The notes below the pieces were generated by a model. It was given only the letters and a program-made list of their open reading frames with translations. It made no database searches and was not told where the DNA came from. From an uncultured Chloroflexia bacterium (GTDB lineage: Bacteria > Chloroflexota > Limnocylindria > Limnocylindrales > CSP1-4): a stretch of 64,000 bases of DNA. The DNA is taken from assembly GCA_963718285.1 (NCBI GenBank), contig CAVQYU010000001.1, positions 11,799 to 75,798 of the forward strand. The letters are read 5' to 3'. Below, one piece after another: positions 54,057 to 62,997 of the stretch (the stretch's first letter is position 1; every line of letters starts with the position of its first letter). A program made the position numbers and the translations under genes.

Positions 54057-54475
54057 CTACCAGCGGGGATGGAGCTCGGGCCCCTGCCAGCGCGAGAACT
54101 CCTCGGTGGCGTAGCGCCCGAAGTGGTTCTGGAAGTGGGCCCCGTGCGCGGCCAGGATGTCGCGCGCCTCGAGGAGCCGCGGCCGGCTTCCGCAATGGAC
54201 GGCCACGATCGCCCGGCCATCGTCGAGGGCCGCCTCGTACAGGCGCAGGTCGGGGGTCTGGTCCATGCTCATGAACTGGACCAGGCGAATGAAGCTGGCC
54301 GACGGCCCCCCGGCTGGTGGGCAGGTCCGCCAGCGAGCCACTCGGCGGTGGCGCCCGTCAGGACCTTGACCGCGTCCTTGGCGAAGCCCGCCGCGAGGAG
54401 GGCGTCGGCCGCCGCGCCGGCCGCGGATGGCTCGTCGATGACGGCCAGCAGCCAGTCGGTCGGGTAGCGGATCAT
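54057..54475 (-). pseudogene. hypothetical protein, one frameshift near 54290
   Basis: MIRYPTDWLLAVIDEPSAAGAAADALLAAGFAKDAVKVLTG (ORF 54269..54517) continues as ...LYEAALDDGRAIVAVHCGSRPRLLEARDILAAHGAHFQNHFGRY (ORF 54057..54503). Confidence 0.45.
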
Positions 54476-54532
54476 CGAGCGGTCGGCCTGGCCGGCCGCC
54501 CAATTCGAGCCGCTCACGCTCGGGCTGGGCCG

Positions 54533-54790
54533 TCAGCCGCCGCGGCGGGGTCGGGCCGGCTCGGGCTTTTCCTTGGGCTCGTGGCCGGGGCGGGGCGGGC
54601 GGGGCATCGTGCCCGGGGCCATGTCCGGGGCGGCCACATGTGGGCCGCGAGCCCGGGCCGCCTCCACGCCGGCCGCGAAGGCCTTGGCCACGGCGGGCGA
54701 GACGCTGCCGATCCAGGCGGCCTGGATCTGGTTCACCCGTTCGGTCTCCTGGGCGCGTCGCTCACGCTCTCGCTTCGAGTGCTTGGTCAT
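54533..54790 (-). CDS. small basic hypothetical protein
   Basis: MTKHSKRERERRAQETERVNQIQAAWIGSVSPAVAKAFAAG... from the ATG at 54790. The C-terminus is Pro/Arg-rich and of low confidence. Confidence 0.35.
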   Translation of the reverse strand: MTKHSKRERERRAQETERVNQIQAAWIGSVSPAVAKAFAAGVEAARARGPHVAAPDMAPGTMPRPPRPGHEPKEKPEPARPRRGG

Positions 54791-55071
54791 GATTCCTCGT
54801 TGGCTGGAGGCCGGGCGCCGGAAATCGGCGGCCTGCTGGATCGCGAGTATGCCCGCTTTCGTTCGGGCCTGCCGCTTGCGGGATGGCCCGCGCCGGGCCG
54901 GATGGTCTATCGTGTCTGCGGCCGCCCGGCCACCGTCGAAACCAGCCCTGAGGTACGCACACCATCGCAACGAAGCCCCGCCGCAACGTCTACCGCCGCC
55001 CCCCGGCTCCGGTCAAGCCTCCACTCCCGGGCACCGAGCCGCCACCCGTCATTCGCACAACCGTCGCATCG

Positions 55072-55269
55072 ATCAACCTGTCAGCCACCAAGGGCCGCGA
55101 TGGCCTGACGGTCGGCGACAAGGTCCGGATCATCGGCAGCGGCCTGTACAACGGCGAAGCTGCCACCATCGAGAAGCTGCCCGGCGGGGTCATCCCGACG
55201 GCGCTCGTTCGAACCGAGGCTGGTCGGACCCGCCAGGTTCGGACCATCGATCTCGAGCCGATCCCCTGA
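55072..55269 (+). CDS. possible small protein; start not identifiable in frame
   Basis: INLSATKGRDGLTVGDKVRIIGSGLYNGEAATIEKLPGGVIPTALVRTEAGRTRQVRTIDLEPIP* has clearly protein-like composition. However, the frame is open from 54952 with no ATG, GTG or TTG. Confidence 0.25.
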   Translation: MNLSATKGRDGLTVGDKVRIIGSGLYNGEAATIEKLPGGVIPTALVRTEAGRTRQVRTIDLEPIP

Positions 55270-55314
55270 GCTCGGTCAGCGACTGCCCCCGCGACCGGCG
55301 GATCAACCGCCGGC

Positions 55315-56300
55315 TTGGCGCTCGCCACCCGAGGCCTCCACAAGCGCTATGGCCCGCGGGTCGCCCTGGCCGGCCTCGATCTGTCCGTGCCGGCCGGCGT
55401 GGTGTACGGGTTCCTCGGGTCCGAACGGAGCGGGCAAGACCACCACGATGCGCCTGCTGACGGGCCTGATCCATCCGGACGCCGGCACGATCGAGGTGCT
55501 CGGCCGGAGCTTCGGCCGGGGTGACCGGCGGCGCCTGTTCGAGGTCGGGGCGCTGGTGGAATCGCCCGCGTTCTACCCGTACCTGTCGGGCCGGGCCAAC
55601 CTCCGGGCGCTGGCCGCCAACGGGGCACCGACGCCGAAGGCGCGGGTCGAGGCAGTCCTCGAGCTGGTCGGGCTCAAGGAACGGGGCAACGACAAGGTCG
55701 CCAACTACTCGCTCGGGATGAAGCAGCGCCTGGGCATCGCCGGAGCCCTGCTCAGCGATCCCAAGCTGCTCCTGCTCGACGAGCCGGCCAACGGCCTCGA
55801 TCCGGCCGGCATCGTGGCCATGCGCGACACGCTGCGCAACCTGGCGTCGGTGGGCAAGACCGTGTTCATCTCGAGCCACCTGCTGTCCGAGGTCAGCCAG
55901 CTGGCCGACGTGATCGGGATCATCGCCGCTGGCAAGCTGGTCCGCGAAGGGCCGATCGAGACGCTGCTCAGCGCCGAGGGCCGCGGTCCGGGTCCGGGTC
56001 CAGCCCGACGAGATCGGGCGGGCCACGGCCGCCCTTGCCCCGCTGGGGGTCGCCGTCCGGGCCGACGGCGCGGATGACGGCCGGCCGGCCGGTCCGGCCA
56101 ACGAGGCGGGCTGGCTCGTCGTCCCGATCGAGGCCAGCCGGGCCGCCGAGGTCAACCGGGCGCTGGCCACGGCCGGCATCTTCGCCTCCGGCATCGAGAG
56201 CGGCAGCGACCTCGAGTCGCTGTTCCTCGAGCTGACGGCCGCCGCCCCTCCGGTCAGCGGGCCGGGCGAGACGCCGACGGTCCCTGGGGTCTGGCAGTGA
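55315..56300 (+). pseudogene. ABC transporter ATP-binding protein (ABC-2 exporter type), 2-3 frameshifts
   Basis: GLHKRYGPRVALAGLDLSVPAGVVYGFLG, shift, PNGAGKTTTMRLL...YSLGMKQRLGIAGALL...LLLLDEPANGLDP...ISSHLLSEV. The C-terminal third lies in another frame and ends at a GTGA overlap with the permease. Confidence 0.85.
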
Positions 56301-57106
56301 GGATCTTCGTCTCGACCCTGGCCAAGCTGCGCAGCCGGCTGGCAACCTGGCTGACCCTGGGCCTGCTCCTCCTGCTCATGGCCCTGATCTACCTGGCCTC
56401 GGGTGCGACCGCCAAGGAGGCCCTCCAGCGCCCGAACGGCCAGGCCATCCTGCTCCTGCTGACCTTCCCCGGCGCCTATGCCCTGATCCTGTCGTTCGTG
56501 CTGGCCCTGGGTGGCCTGTTCGTCATGGCTTATGCGGCGGCGATCGCCGGGTCCGAATGGACCTGGGGCACGCTCAAGACCGCGGTCGCCCGGGGCGAGA
56601 GCCGCAGCCGCTACATGCTGACGACGTTCGCCGGGATCGCCCTCTTTGCCGGAATCGGCCTGATCGTTGCGTTCGCCGTGGGCGTCCTCCTGGTCATCAT
56701 CGGTGCCAAGCTGGCCGGGATCTCGATCGACGGGATCTCGGACACCTCGATCTTCGGCAACCTGCCCGAGCAGTTCCTGCGCGGCTGGTATGGCCTGATC
56801 GAGGTTGGCGCGATCGGGTTCACGATCGCGACCCTCGCCCGCAGCCAGCTGGCCGGCGTCGGAGCCGGCATCGGGATCTACTTCGCCGAGATGTTCGCGG
56901 GGGCCTTCCTGCCCGACATCGTCAAGTACCTGCCGTTCAACGCCGCCAACTCGCTGATCCAGACCGATACGGCGGTGGCCGGCGGCGGCGCCGCCCGACC
57001 GGTCACGCTGGATCCGACGACGGCCATCGTGGTCGTGGGGATCTGGCTCCTGATCGGACTGGCCGTGACTGCCATCTTCACCGAGCGAGCTGAGATCTCC
57101 GGCTAG
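56297..57106 (+). CDS. ABC-2 family transporter permease
   Basis: Intact 269 codons with six TM segments, overlapping the ATPase gene stop. Confidence 0.75.
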   Translation: MRIFVSTLAKLRSRLATWLTLGLLLLLMALIYLASGATAKEALQRPNGQAILLLLTFPGAYALILSFVLALGGLFVMAYAAAIAGSEWTWGTLKTAVARGESRSRYMLTTFAGIALFAGIGLIVAFAVGVLLVIIGAKLAGISIDGISDTSIFGNLPEQFLRGWYGLIEVGAIGFTIATLARSQLAGVGAGIGIYFAEMFAGAFLPDIVKYLPFNAANSLIQTDTAVAGGGAARPVTLDPTTAIVVVGIWLLIGLAVTAIFTERAEISG

Positions 57107-58096
57107 GTGGCGCCCCGGGGCGGTCGGCCGATCTCCAAGGCGCTCAAGGGCTACGCCCTGCGCGGAGGCAAGGCCGTCGAGGTCAACGATCCCGACGAGC
57201 TGACCCGCTTGATCAAGGCAGGCTCCACCCGCCTGTGGATCGACCTGACCGATCCCAGCCCGGAAGCGGTCGAACAGGTCGGCCGCTGCGTCGGCCTCCA
57301 CCCGCTCGTGGCCGAGGACATCATCGAGAGCAACGAGCGCTCGAAGGTCGAGTTCGTGGACGGGATCATCCACATGGTCATGTATGCCCTGGTCCGTCCG
57401 AAGAAGGTCGAGCGGCTTGAGATCGACTTCGCCCTCGGCCGGCAGTTCCTCCTGTCGGTCCACCCGGTTGCCTGGGACCCGATGTCGGCCCACCAGCTCA
57501 AGCAGGGCGTGGCGACGATGCTCGAGCGCGGACCGGACTTCCTGCTGTGGGGCCTGGTCGACGGGATCGTCGACGGCTATTTCCCGGTCTTCGACGCCCT
57601 CGCCGACGAGATCGACGATCTCCAGGACGATGTCGTCAGCAACGCCGTGCCGGCCACCCTCGAGCACATCTTCCGGCTGAAGACCGAGCTCGTCTCATTG
57701 CGCCACGTGATCGCCCCCAGCCGGGAGGTCTTCAGCCAGCTGACGAGCCGGGAGTTCGACCTGATCGCGGACGCCCAGGTCTTCTACTTCCGGGACGTCT
57801 ACGACCACCTGATCCGGCTGACCGACGAGTTCGACAGCTTCCGGGAGCTGGTCGCGGGCACCCTCGAGGTCTACCTCTCGACGATCAACAACAACCTGTC
57901 GGTGATCATGAAGCGGCTGACCGGGGTCACGGTCGTGCTGGCCGGCATCGCCGCGGTCGGTGGCCTGTTCGGGATGAGCGAGGCCGGTCCGGCCTTCAGC
58001 GGCCAGGAGCGCGACGGCTTCTGGATCGTGGTCATCGCCTCGATCGTGCTCGCCGCGGTGGCCGTCGCCTTCCTGCGCAAGATCGACTGGCTGTAG
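57107..58096 (+). CDS. corA: CorA-family divalent cation transporter (signature reads GMS instead of GMN)
   Basis: The cytoplasmic domain has HPLVAEDIIESNERSKVE, and two C-terminal TM helices follow. The loop is LFGMSEAG (57971..57979 = GGG ATG AGC). Confidence 0.8.
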   Translation: MAPRGGRPISKALKGYALRGGKAVEVNDPDELTRLIKAGSTRLWIDLTDPSPEAVEQVGRCVGLHPLVAEDIIESNERSKVEFVDGIIHMVMYALVRPKKVERLEIDFALGRQFLLSVHPVAWDPMSAHQLKQGVATMLERGPDFLLWGLVDGIVDGYFPVFDALADEIDDLQDDVVSNAVPATLEHIFRLKTELVSLRHVIAPSREVFSQLTSREFDLIADAQVFYFRDVYDHLIRLTDEFDSFRELVAGTLEVYLSTINNNLSVIMKRLTGVTVVLAGIAAVGGLFGMSEAGPAFSGQERDGFWIVVIASIVLAAVAVAFLRKIDWL

Positions 58097-58154
58097 CCCG
58101 GCTCGGTCCCGGCTCGGTTTCTCGGTCCCGAGTCGCAGGGTGCCACGGAGGCGC

Positions 58155-59459
58155 TCAGATTGCGCCCAGGTAGGCTTCCTCGTGGTGCAGGGCCGCATCC
58201 AGGCCGATCTCTTCGGCGCCGGGCTCGACGTGAACGGGGGTCACCCGGTCGATCAGCCAGAGCATGCCGAAGGTGAACCCGAACGCCCAGACCGACGACA
58301 GCAGGACGGCCACCAGCTCCTTGCCCAGGAAGGCCGGGTTGCCGGCTACCAGGCCGTTCGCGCCGGCGGGATTGAATGCGGTCGTGGCGAACAGGCCGAG
58401 CATCACGATCCCGAGGAAGCCGCCCACGCCGTGGACGCCCCAGACATCGAGGGCGTCATCCCAGCCCAGTCGATTCTTCAGGGCAACGGCGCCGAAGCAG
58501 ACCACACCCGAGACCGTCCCGATCAGGGCCGCCGCTGCCGGCGAGACGAAGCCGGCTGCCGGGGTGATCGTGGCCAGGCCGGCGACCGCCCCGGTGAGCA
58601 GGCCCAGGAAGCTCGGACGACGCTCGAAGCGCCAGGCGGTGAACAGCCAGGCGACCGCGGCGAACGAGGCAGCCACATCCGTATTGAGGAAGGCCACCGC
58701 CGTCGTGGCGTCCACCCGCAGCTCGCTGCCCGCGTTGAAGCCGTACCAGCCGAACCAGAGCAGGCCAGTCCCCAGGGCCACGAGCGGGATGCTGTGCGGG
58801 CCGGGATCCTGGATCCGCCGCCGACCGACATACAGGACCGAGGCCAGGGCCGCCATGCCGGCGATGTTGTGAACGACGATCCCGCCGGCAAAGTCGAGGA
58901 CGCCCCAGCGCTGAAGCAGGCCGCCACCCCAGACCATGTGGACGAACGGGAAGTAGACGAGGAGGAGCCAGGCTGTCAGGAAGACCATGTAGGCCTTGAA
59001 CGTGACCCGGTTGGCAAAGGCCCCGGTGATCAGGGCCGGAGTGATGATCGCGAACATCATCTGGTAGGCGATGAACACGAACTCGGGGATCGAAGGGTTC
59101 TGGGGAGCCGGGCTGTTGAGGGCGACCCCGTTCAGGAACGCCTTGTCGAGGTTGCCGATCACCCCGCCGACATCGCCCGAGAAGCACAGCGAGTAGCCCA
59201 CCGCGAACCAGATGACGGTGGTCCAGCCCATCGACACGAAGCTCTGGATCATGATCGCCAGGACGTTCCGGCGGCCGACCAGGCCGCCGTAGAAGAACGC
59301 CAGGCCCGGGGTCATGAGCATGACCAGGCTGGTGCAGACCAGCATGAACCCGGTGTTGCCGGTATCGAGCCCAGGCATGGTCGACCTCGTGCGGGCAGTG
59401 GTACGGCCCTCTTGTACACCCACCGCGCAAGCCCCGGCGAGGGCTAAATCGGCGGGCAT
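58155..59459 (-). CDS. amt: ammonium transporter
   Basis: GFMLVCTSLVMLMTPGLAFFYGG...DFAGGIVVHNIAGMAALA...GVHGVGGFLGI. The start may be the Met at 59378. Confidence 0.9.
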   Translation of the reverse strand: MPADLALAGACAVGVQEGRTTARTRSTMPGLDTGNTGFMLVCTSLVMLMTPGLAFFYGGLVGRRNVLAIMIQSFVSMGWTTVIWFAVGYSLCFSGDVGGVIGNLDKAFLNGVALNSPAPQNPSIPEFVFIAYQMMFAIITPALITGAFANRVTFKAYMVFLTAWLLLVYFPFVHMVWGGGLLQRWGVLDFAGGIVVHNIAGMAALASVLYVGRRRIQDPGPHSIPLVALGTGLLWFGWYGFNAGSELRVDATTAVAFLNTDVAASFAAVAWLFTAWRFERRPSFLGLLTGAVAGLATITPAAGFVSPAAAALIGTVSGVVCFGAVALKNRLGWDDALDVWGVHGVGGFLGIVMLGLFATTAFNPAGANGLVAGNPAFLGKELVAVLLSSVWAFGFTFGMLWLIDRVTPVHVEPGAEEIGLDAALHHEEAYLGAI

Positions 59460-59595
59460 GCTAGGCTTGGCGGGTCGTACCTCGATGGGCGCTCCGGTCG
59501 GCGCCCCGGTTTCTTACCGTGAGATCAGCGAACACAACACCAGTGCCCTGACCGGGCCCCGCTCGAAGCGGGAGGGCCCTCAGGAGCAATAGACC

Positions 59596-61239
59596 GTGTC
59601 CTTTGATCATCTTGGGCTTGCGCCCGAGCTCGTCCGCGTCGTCGCGGACCAGGGCTACACCGAGCCCACCCCCGTCCAAGCCGAAGCGATTCCGCTCGTC
59701 CTGGCCGGCCGCGATGTCCTGGCCGGCGCCCAGACCGGCACCGGCAAGACGGCCGCCTTCGTGCTGCCCATCCTGCAGCTGCTCAATGCCGGGCGACCGG
59801 CGATCGAGCCGGCGCCGGCGGCGCCCGTGCGCTCGGCCCAGGGCCTGCCGGCCTACATCCCGACCAGCCGCGATCGACGCAACGCCACCCCCGTCCGAAT
59901 CCGGACCCTGGTCCTGGCCCCGACCCGGGAGCTGGCCCTCCAGGTCGAGGAGAGCGTCCGCACCTACGGCGCGCGGCGCCCCATCCGCTCGACCACGATC
60001 TACGGCGGCGTCGGCTTCGACCCGCAGGTCCGGGCCCTCCGGTCCGGCCCGGAGATCGTGGTGGCCACGCCCGGCCGGCTGCTCGACCACCTCGGCCAGA
60101 ACACGATCGACCTGAGCCACGTCGAGATCCTCGTCCTGGACGAGGCCGACCGATTGCTGGACATGGGCTTCATCCGGGACATTCGCAAGATCATCGGAAC
60201 GTTGCCACGCGAGCGCCAGACGCTGCTCTTCTCGGCCACGTTCTCGGATGACGTTCGGCGTCTCGCGGCCGACATCCTGCGCGATCCGGCGATGGTCCAG
60301 GTGGCCCGCCGGAACACCGCCGCTGAGCTCGTCCGCCAGCTGGTCCTGCCGGTCGATCGGGAGCGCAAGCGCGAGCTCCTGGCCCACCTGGTCAAGTCCG
60401 GCCGGATCGACCAGGCCCTGGTCTTCGCCCGGACCAAGCATGGCGCCAATCGCCTGGCGGAGCAGCTCGAACGGGACGGCATCGTGGCCACCGCGATCCA
60501 CGGCAACAAGAGCCAGCCGCAGCGGATCCGGGCGCTCAATGACTTCAAGTCCGGGCGTGTGGCGATCCTGGTGGCGACGGACCTGGCCGCGCGCGGGATC
60601 GATATCGACGCCCTGCCCCACGTCGTGAACTACGAGCTGCCGATGGTGGCCGAGGACTACGTCCACCGGATCGGCCGAACCGGCCGGGCCGGCGTCGAAG
60701 GCGACGCGATCTCGCTGGTCTGCGTCGACGAGCACAAGATGCTCCGGGATATCGAACAGGTCCTCGGCCATCGCATTCCGACCGAGACGATCGCCGGCTT
60801 CGAGCCCGACCGGAACATCCGGCCGGAGCCGATCCGACTGCGCAGCCAGGCTGGTCACTCCAGCATCCAGTCCGGCGGGCGACCGGCCCGCGGCTTCGCC
60901 CCGGCGCGACGCTCGCAGCCAATGGGCCGACCGGTGCCTTCCGGACGGCCGAACCACCCGGGCCAGGCGGCCCAGTTCGGCCCGGGCGCTGCCGGCCGGC
61001 CGCGCGACGGTCAAGTGCATCGGCCCAGTCGCGATGGGATGACCCGCCCCAGCAATCCGCTCGGCGGCCGGCCGCAGCAGGGCCGACCTCAACCCGGCCG
61101 ACCCCAACCGGGGCGACCGCAGTCGGGGCGGCCCACTGGCACGCCACTTGGCCAATACCAGCCGGCTCAGGCTCGGCCTGCCCAGGGTCGAGGGCCCCAG
61201 GGCAATCGGAAGCGGGACCTTCAACGCGCTGCCCGGTGA
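59596..61239 (+). CDS. DEAD-box ATP-dependent RNA helicase (RhlE-like) with an Arg/Pro/Gln-rich repeat tail
   Basis: Q-motif [45 protein letters not shown]. The tail contains [23 protein letters not shown]. Confidence 0.9.
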   Translation: MSFDHLGLAPELVRVVADQGYTEPTPVQAEAIPLVLAGRDVLAGAQTGTGKTAAFVLPILQLLNAGRPAIEPAPAAPVRSAQGLPAYIPTSRDRRNATPVRIRTLVLAPTRELALQVEESVRTYGARRPIRSTTIYGGVGFDPQVRALRSGPEIVVATPGRLLDHLGQNTIDLSHVEILVLDEADRLLDMGFIRDIRKIIGTLPRERQTLLFSATFSDDVRRLAADILRDPAMVQVARRNTAAELVRQLVLPVDRERKRELLAHLVKSGRIDQALVFARTKHGANRLAEQLERDGIVATAIHGNKSQPQRIRALNDFKSGRVAILVATDLAARGIDIDALPHVVNYELPMVAEDYVHRIGRTGRAGVEGDAISLVCVDEHKMLRDIEQVLGHRIPTETIAGFEPDRNIRPEPIRLRSQAGHSSIQSGGRPARGFAPARRSQPMGRPVPSGRPNHPGQAAQFGPGAAGRPRDGQVHRPSRDGMTRPSNPLGGRPQQGRPQPGRPQPGRPQSGRPTGTPLGQYQPAQARPAQGRGPQGNRKRDLQRAAR

Positions 61240-61394
61240 GACGTTCCGGCGTAACGCCGCGCCGGGTCGATCCTCCTAGTCGGCTCGGCCTCGTCCAGGG
61301 GTCCTGCGGGTCAGGGCACCGAGCACGAATACCAGTATTCCAGCACGATCGCCAGGAGGAGCTCGACTCTTGGCGACGCAATTCCCGATTCGTG

Positions 61395-61563
61395 GTGTCA
61401 GATTTCACTGACCTGGGGCTTATGGTCGGTCGACGGCGAGGTTCGTGCCTTCTCGCCCGTCCCTCCCAGCGGATTCGTGCTCACGAGGTAGCGCTTTCAG
61501 GGATCGGCGAGCTGGAACGCGGCCCCGAAGAACCATAAGCTCGCCAGTGGTGAAATCTGGCAC
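61395..61563. repeat. imperfect long inverted repeat or rod-like hairpin in a 480-bp intergenic region
   Basis: GTGTCAGATTTCAC (61395..61408) pairs with GTGAAATCTGGCAC (61550..61563), and GCTTATGG (61418..61425) pairs with CCATAAGC (61533..61540). The region is locally less GC-rich. Confidence 0.4.
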
Positions 61564-61719
61564 GATCGGCCTCATCTGCGGGGGACGGTCGGGCCTGCGT
61601 CGCCCGGCACTCCTCCGTGGCGTCGCCACAATCGCTCCACATCAGGACGCCAGGCTGATCCCATCGGCCGGCGATCCACCCGGGTTCGCGGCCTCGATGC
61701 TGACCTGGGAGGTCACCTG

Positions 61720-62246
61720 ATGCGGTTCGTCGTGAGGATCCTGGCGGTCCTCGGAATCCTGGTCCTGATCGGGCTCGTCGCCAGCGTCGCCTATTCGGCC
61801 GGCGTTTCGGCCTCTGGAGTCGCCGTCCATCCGGCGGTCTATGGCGTCGGCTGGGGATTTCGGCTTCGGCCTGTTCCACTTCCTCGGCTTCCTCCTCTTC
61901 GTATTCCTGCTGTTCGCCCTGCTCCGGCTGGCGTTCGGCGGGCGGCACGGCTGGGGCGGGCATGGCGGCTGGGGACCCTATGGAGGCCGCGGTGGTCATG
62001 GCGGCGGATACGGTGGCTACGGCCCCGGCTACGGACCCGGCCCGGGCGGAACCGATCCCGGCCAGGGTGGCCAGCCCGGTGGCCAGCCCAATGGCGATCC
62101 GCGCGAGGCCTGGATCCGGGGCCGGCTGGACGACTGGCACAAGGCGGCCCACGCAGCTCCGGCGTCGAGCCCTGGGCGCCGGGCCGGCGAGCGGATCGAC
62201 CGACGCCGTTCCACCGCGGGGGCCCGACGCCCAGCCGCCGGCCTGA
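61720..62246 (+). pseudogene. small membrane protein with a Gly/His/Trp/Tyr-rich tail, 1-2 frameshifts
   Basis: MRFVVRILAVLGILVLIGLVASVAY... (ORF 61720..), shift, FGFGLFHFLGFLLFVFLLFALL...GGRHGWGGHGGWGPYGGRGGHGGGYGGYGPGYGPGPGG...RLDDWHKAAH (ORF 61841..). The 3' end is uncertain. Confidence 0.45.
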
Positions 62247-62306
62247 TCATCGAATGGGCTCCTCCGGGAGCCCATTCGGCCGTGGTCGGCTCTACGATGC
62301 TCAGCC

Positions 62307-62997
62307 ATGAAGACCGTCCTCGTCGTCGACGATGAAGCCCAGATCGTGGACCTGGCCCGGGACTACCTCGAGCACGCCGGCTTTGCGGTCATCACGGCGG
62401 CGGATGGCCGGGCGGGCCTGAGCCTGGCCCGGACCCGCTCGCCCGACCTGCTCATCCTGGACCTGGGCATGCCCGAGCTGGACGGCCTGGACGTGATCCG
62501 GGCCGATCCGGCGCGATTCGAATCTGCCAATCGTGATCCTGACGGCCCGCGACGACGAGCTCGACAAGCTCGTGGGCCTGGAGCTGGGGGCCGATGACTA
62601 CGTGACCAAGCCGTTCAGCCCGCGGGAGCTTGTCGCCCGGGTCAAGGCGGTCCTCCGCCGAATGGAGCCGTCCGATGTCTCGAGCGAGCGGATCCGGGCC
62701 GGCGAGGTCAGCCTGGACCTGCCGCGCATGCGGGTTGAGGTCGAGGGCCGCCTGGTCGAGCTGACGCCGACCGAGTTCGAGCTGCTGGCGACCCTGGCCC
62801 GGCGTCCCGGCCGCATCTTCACCCGGAGCCAGCTCCTGGACGCCGTCCGGGGCGTGACGATCGAGTCATACGAGCGGGCGATCGACAGCCACATCAAGAA
62901 CCTGCGCCGCAAGATCGAGCCCGATCCGCGCTCGCCCCGCTTCATCCTGACCGTCTATGGCGTCGGCTATCGCTTCGCCGATGAGCGGCCCGGGTGA
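62307..62997 (+). pseudogene. OmpR/PhoB-family response regulator, one frameshift near 62510
   Basis: MKTVLVVDDEAQIVDLARDYL...PDLLILDLGMPELDGLDVIR, shift, ILTARDDELDKLVGLELGADDYVTKPFSPRELVARVKAVLRR...LTPTEFELLATLA...VYGVGYRF. Confidence 0.85.

Noticed and set aside
59460-59595. Possible GlnR-type box (GTGAG-n6-GAACA at ~59519..59535) upstream of amt.
   Set aside because: It matches the gTnAc-n6-GaAAc consensus only loosely, in both half-sites, and no second a/b site pair is present. This is too weak to report.
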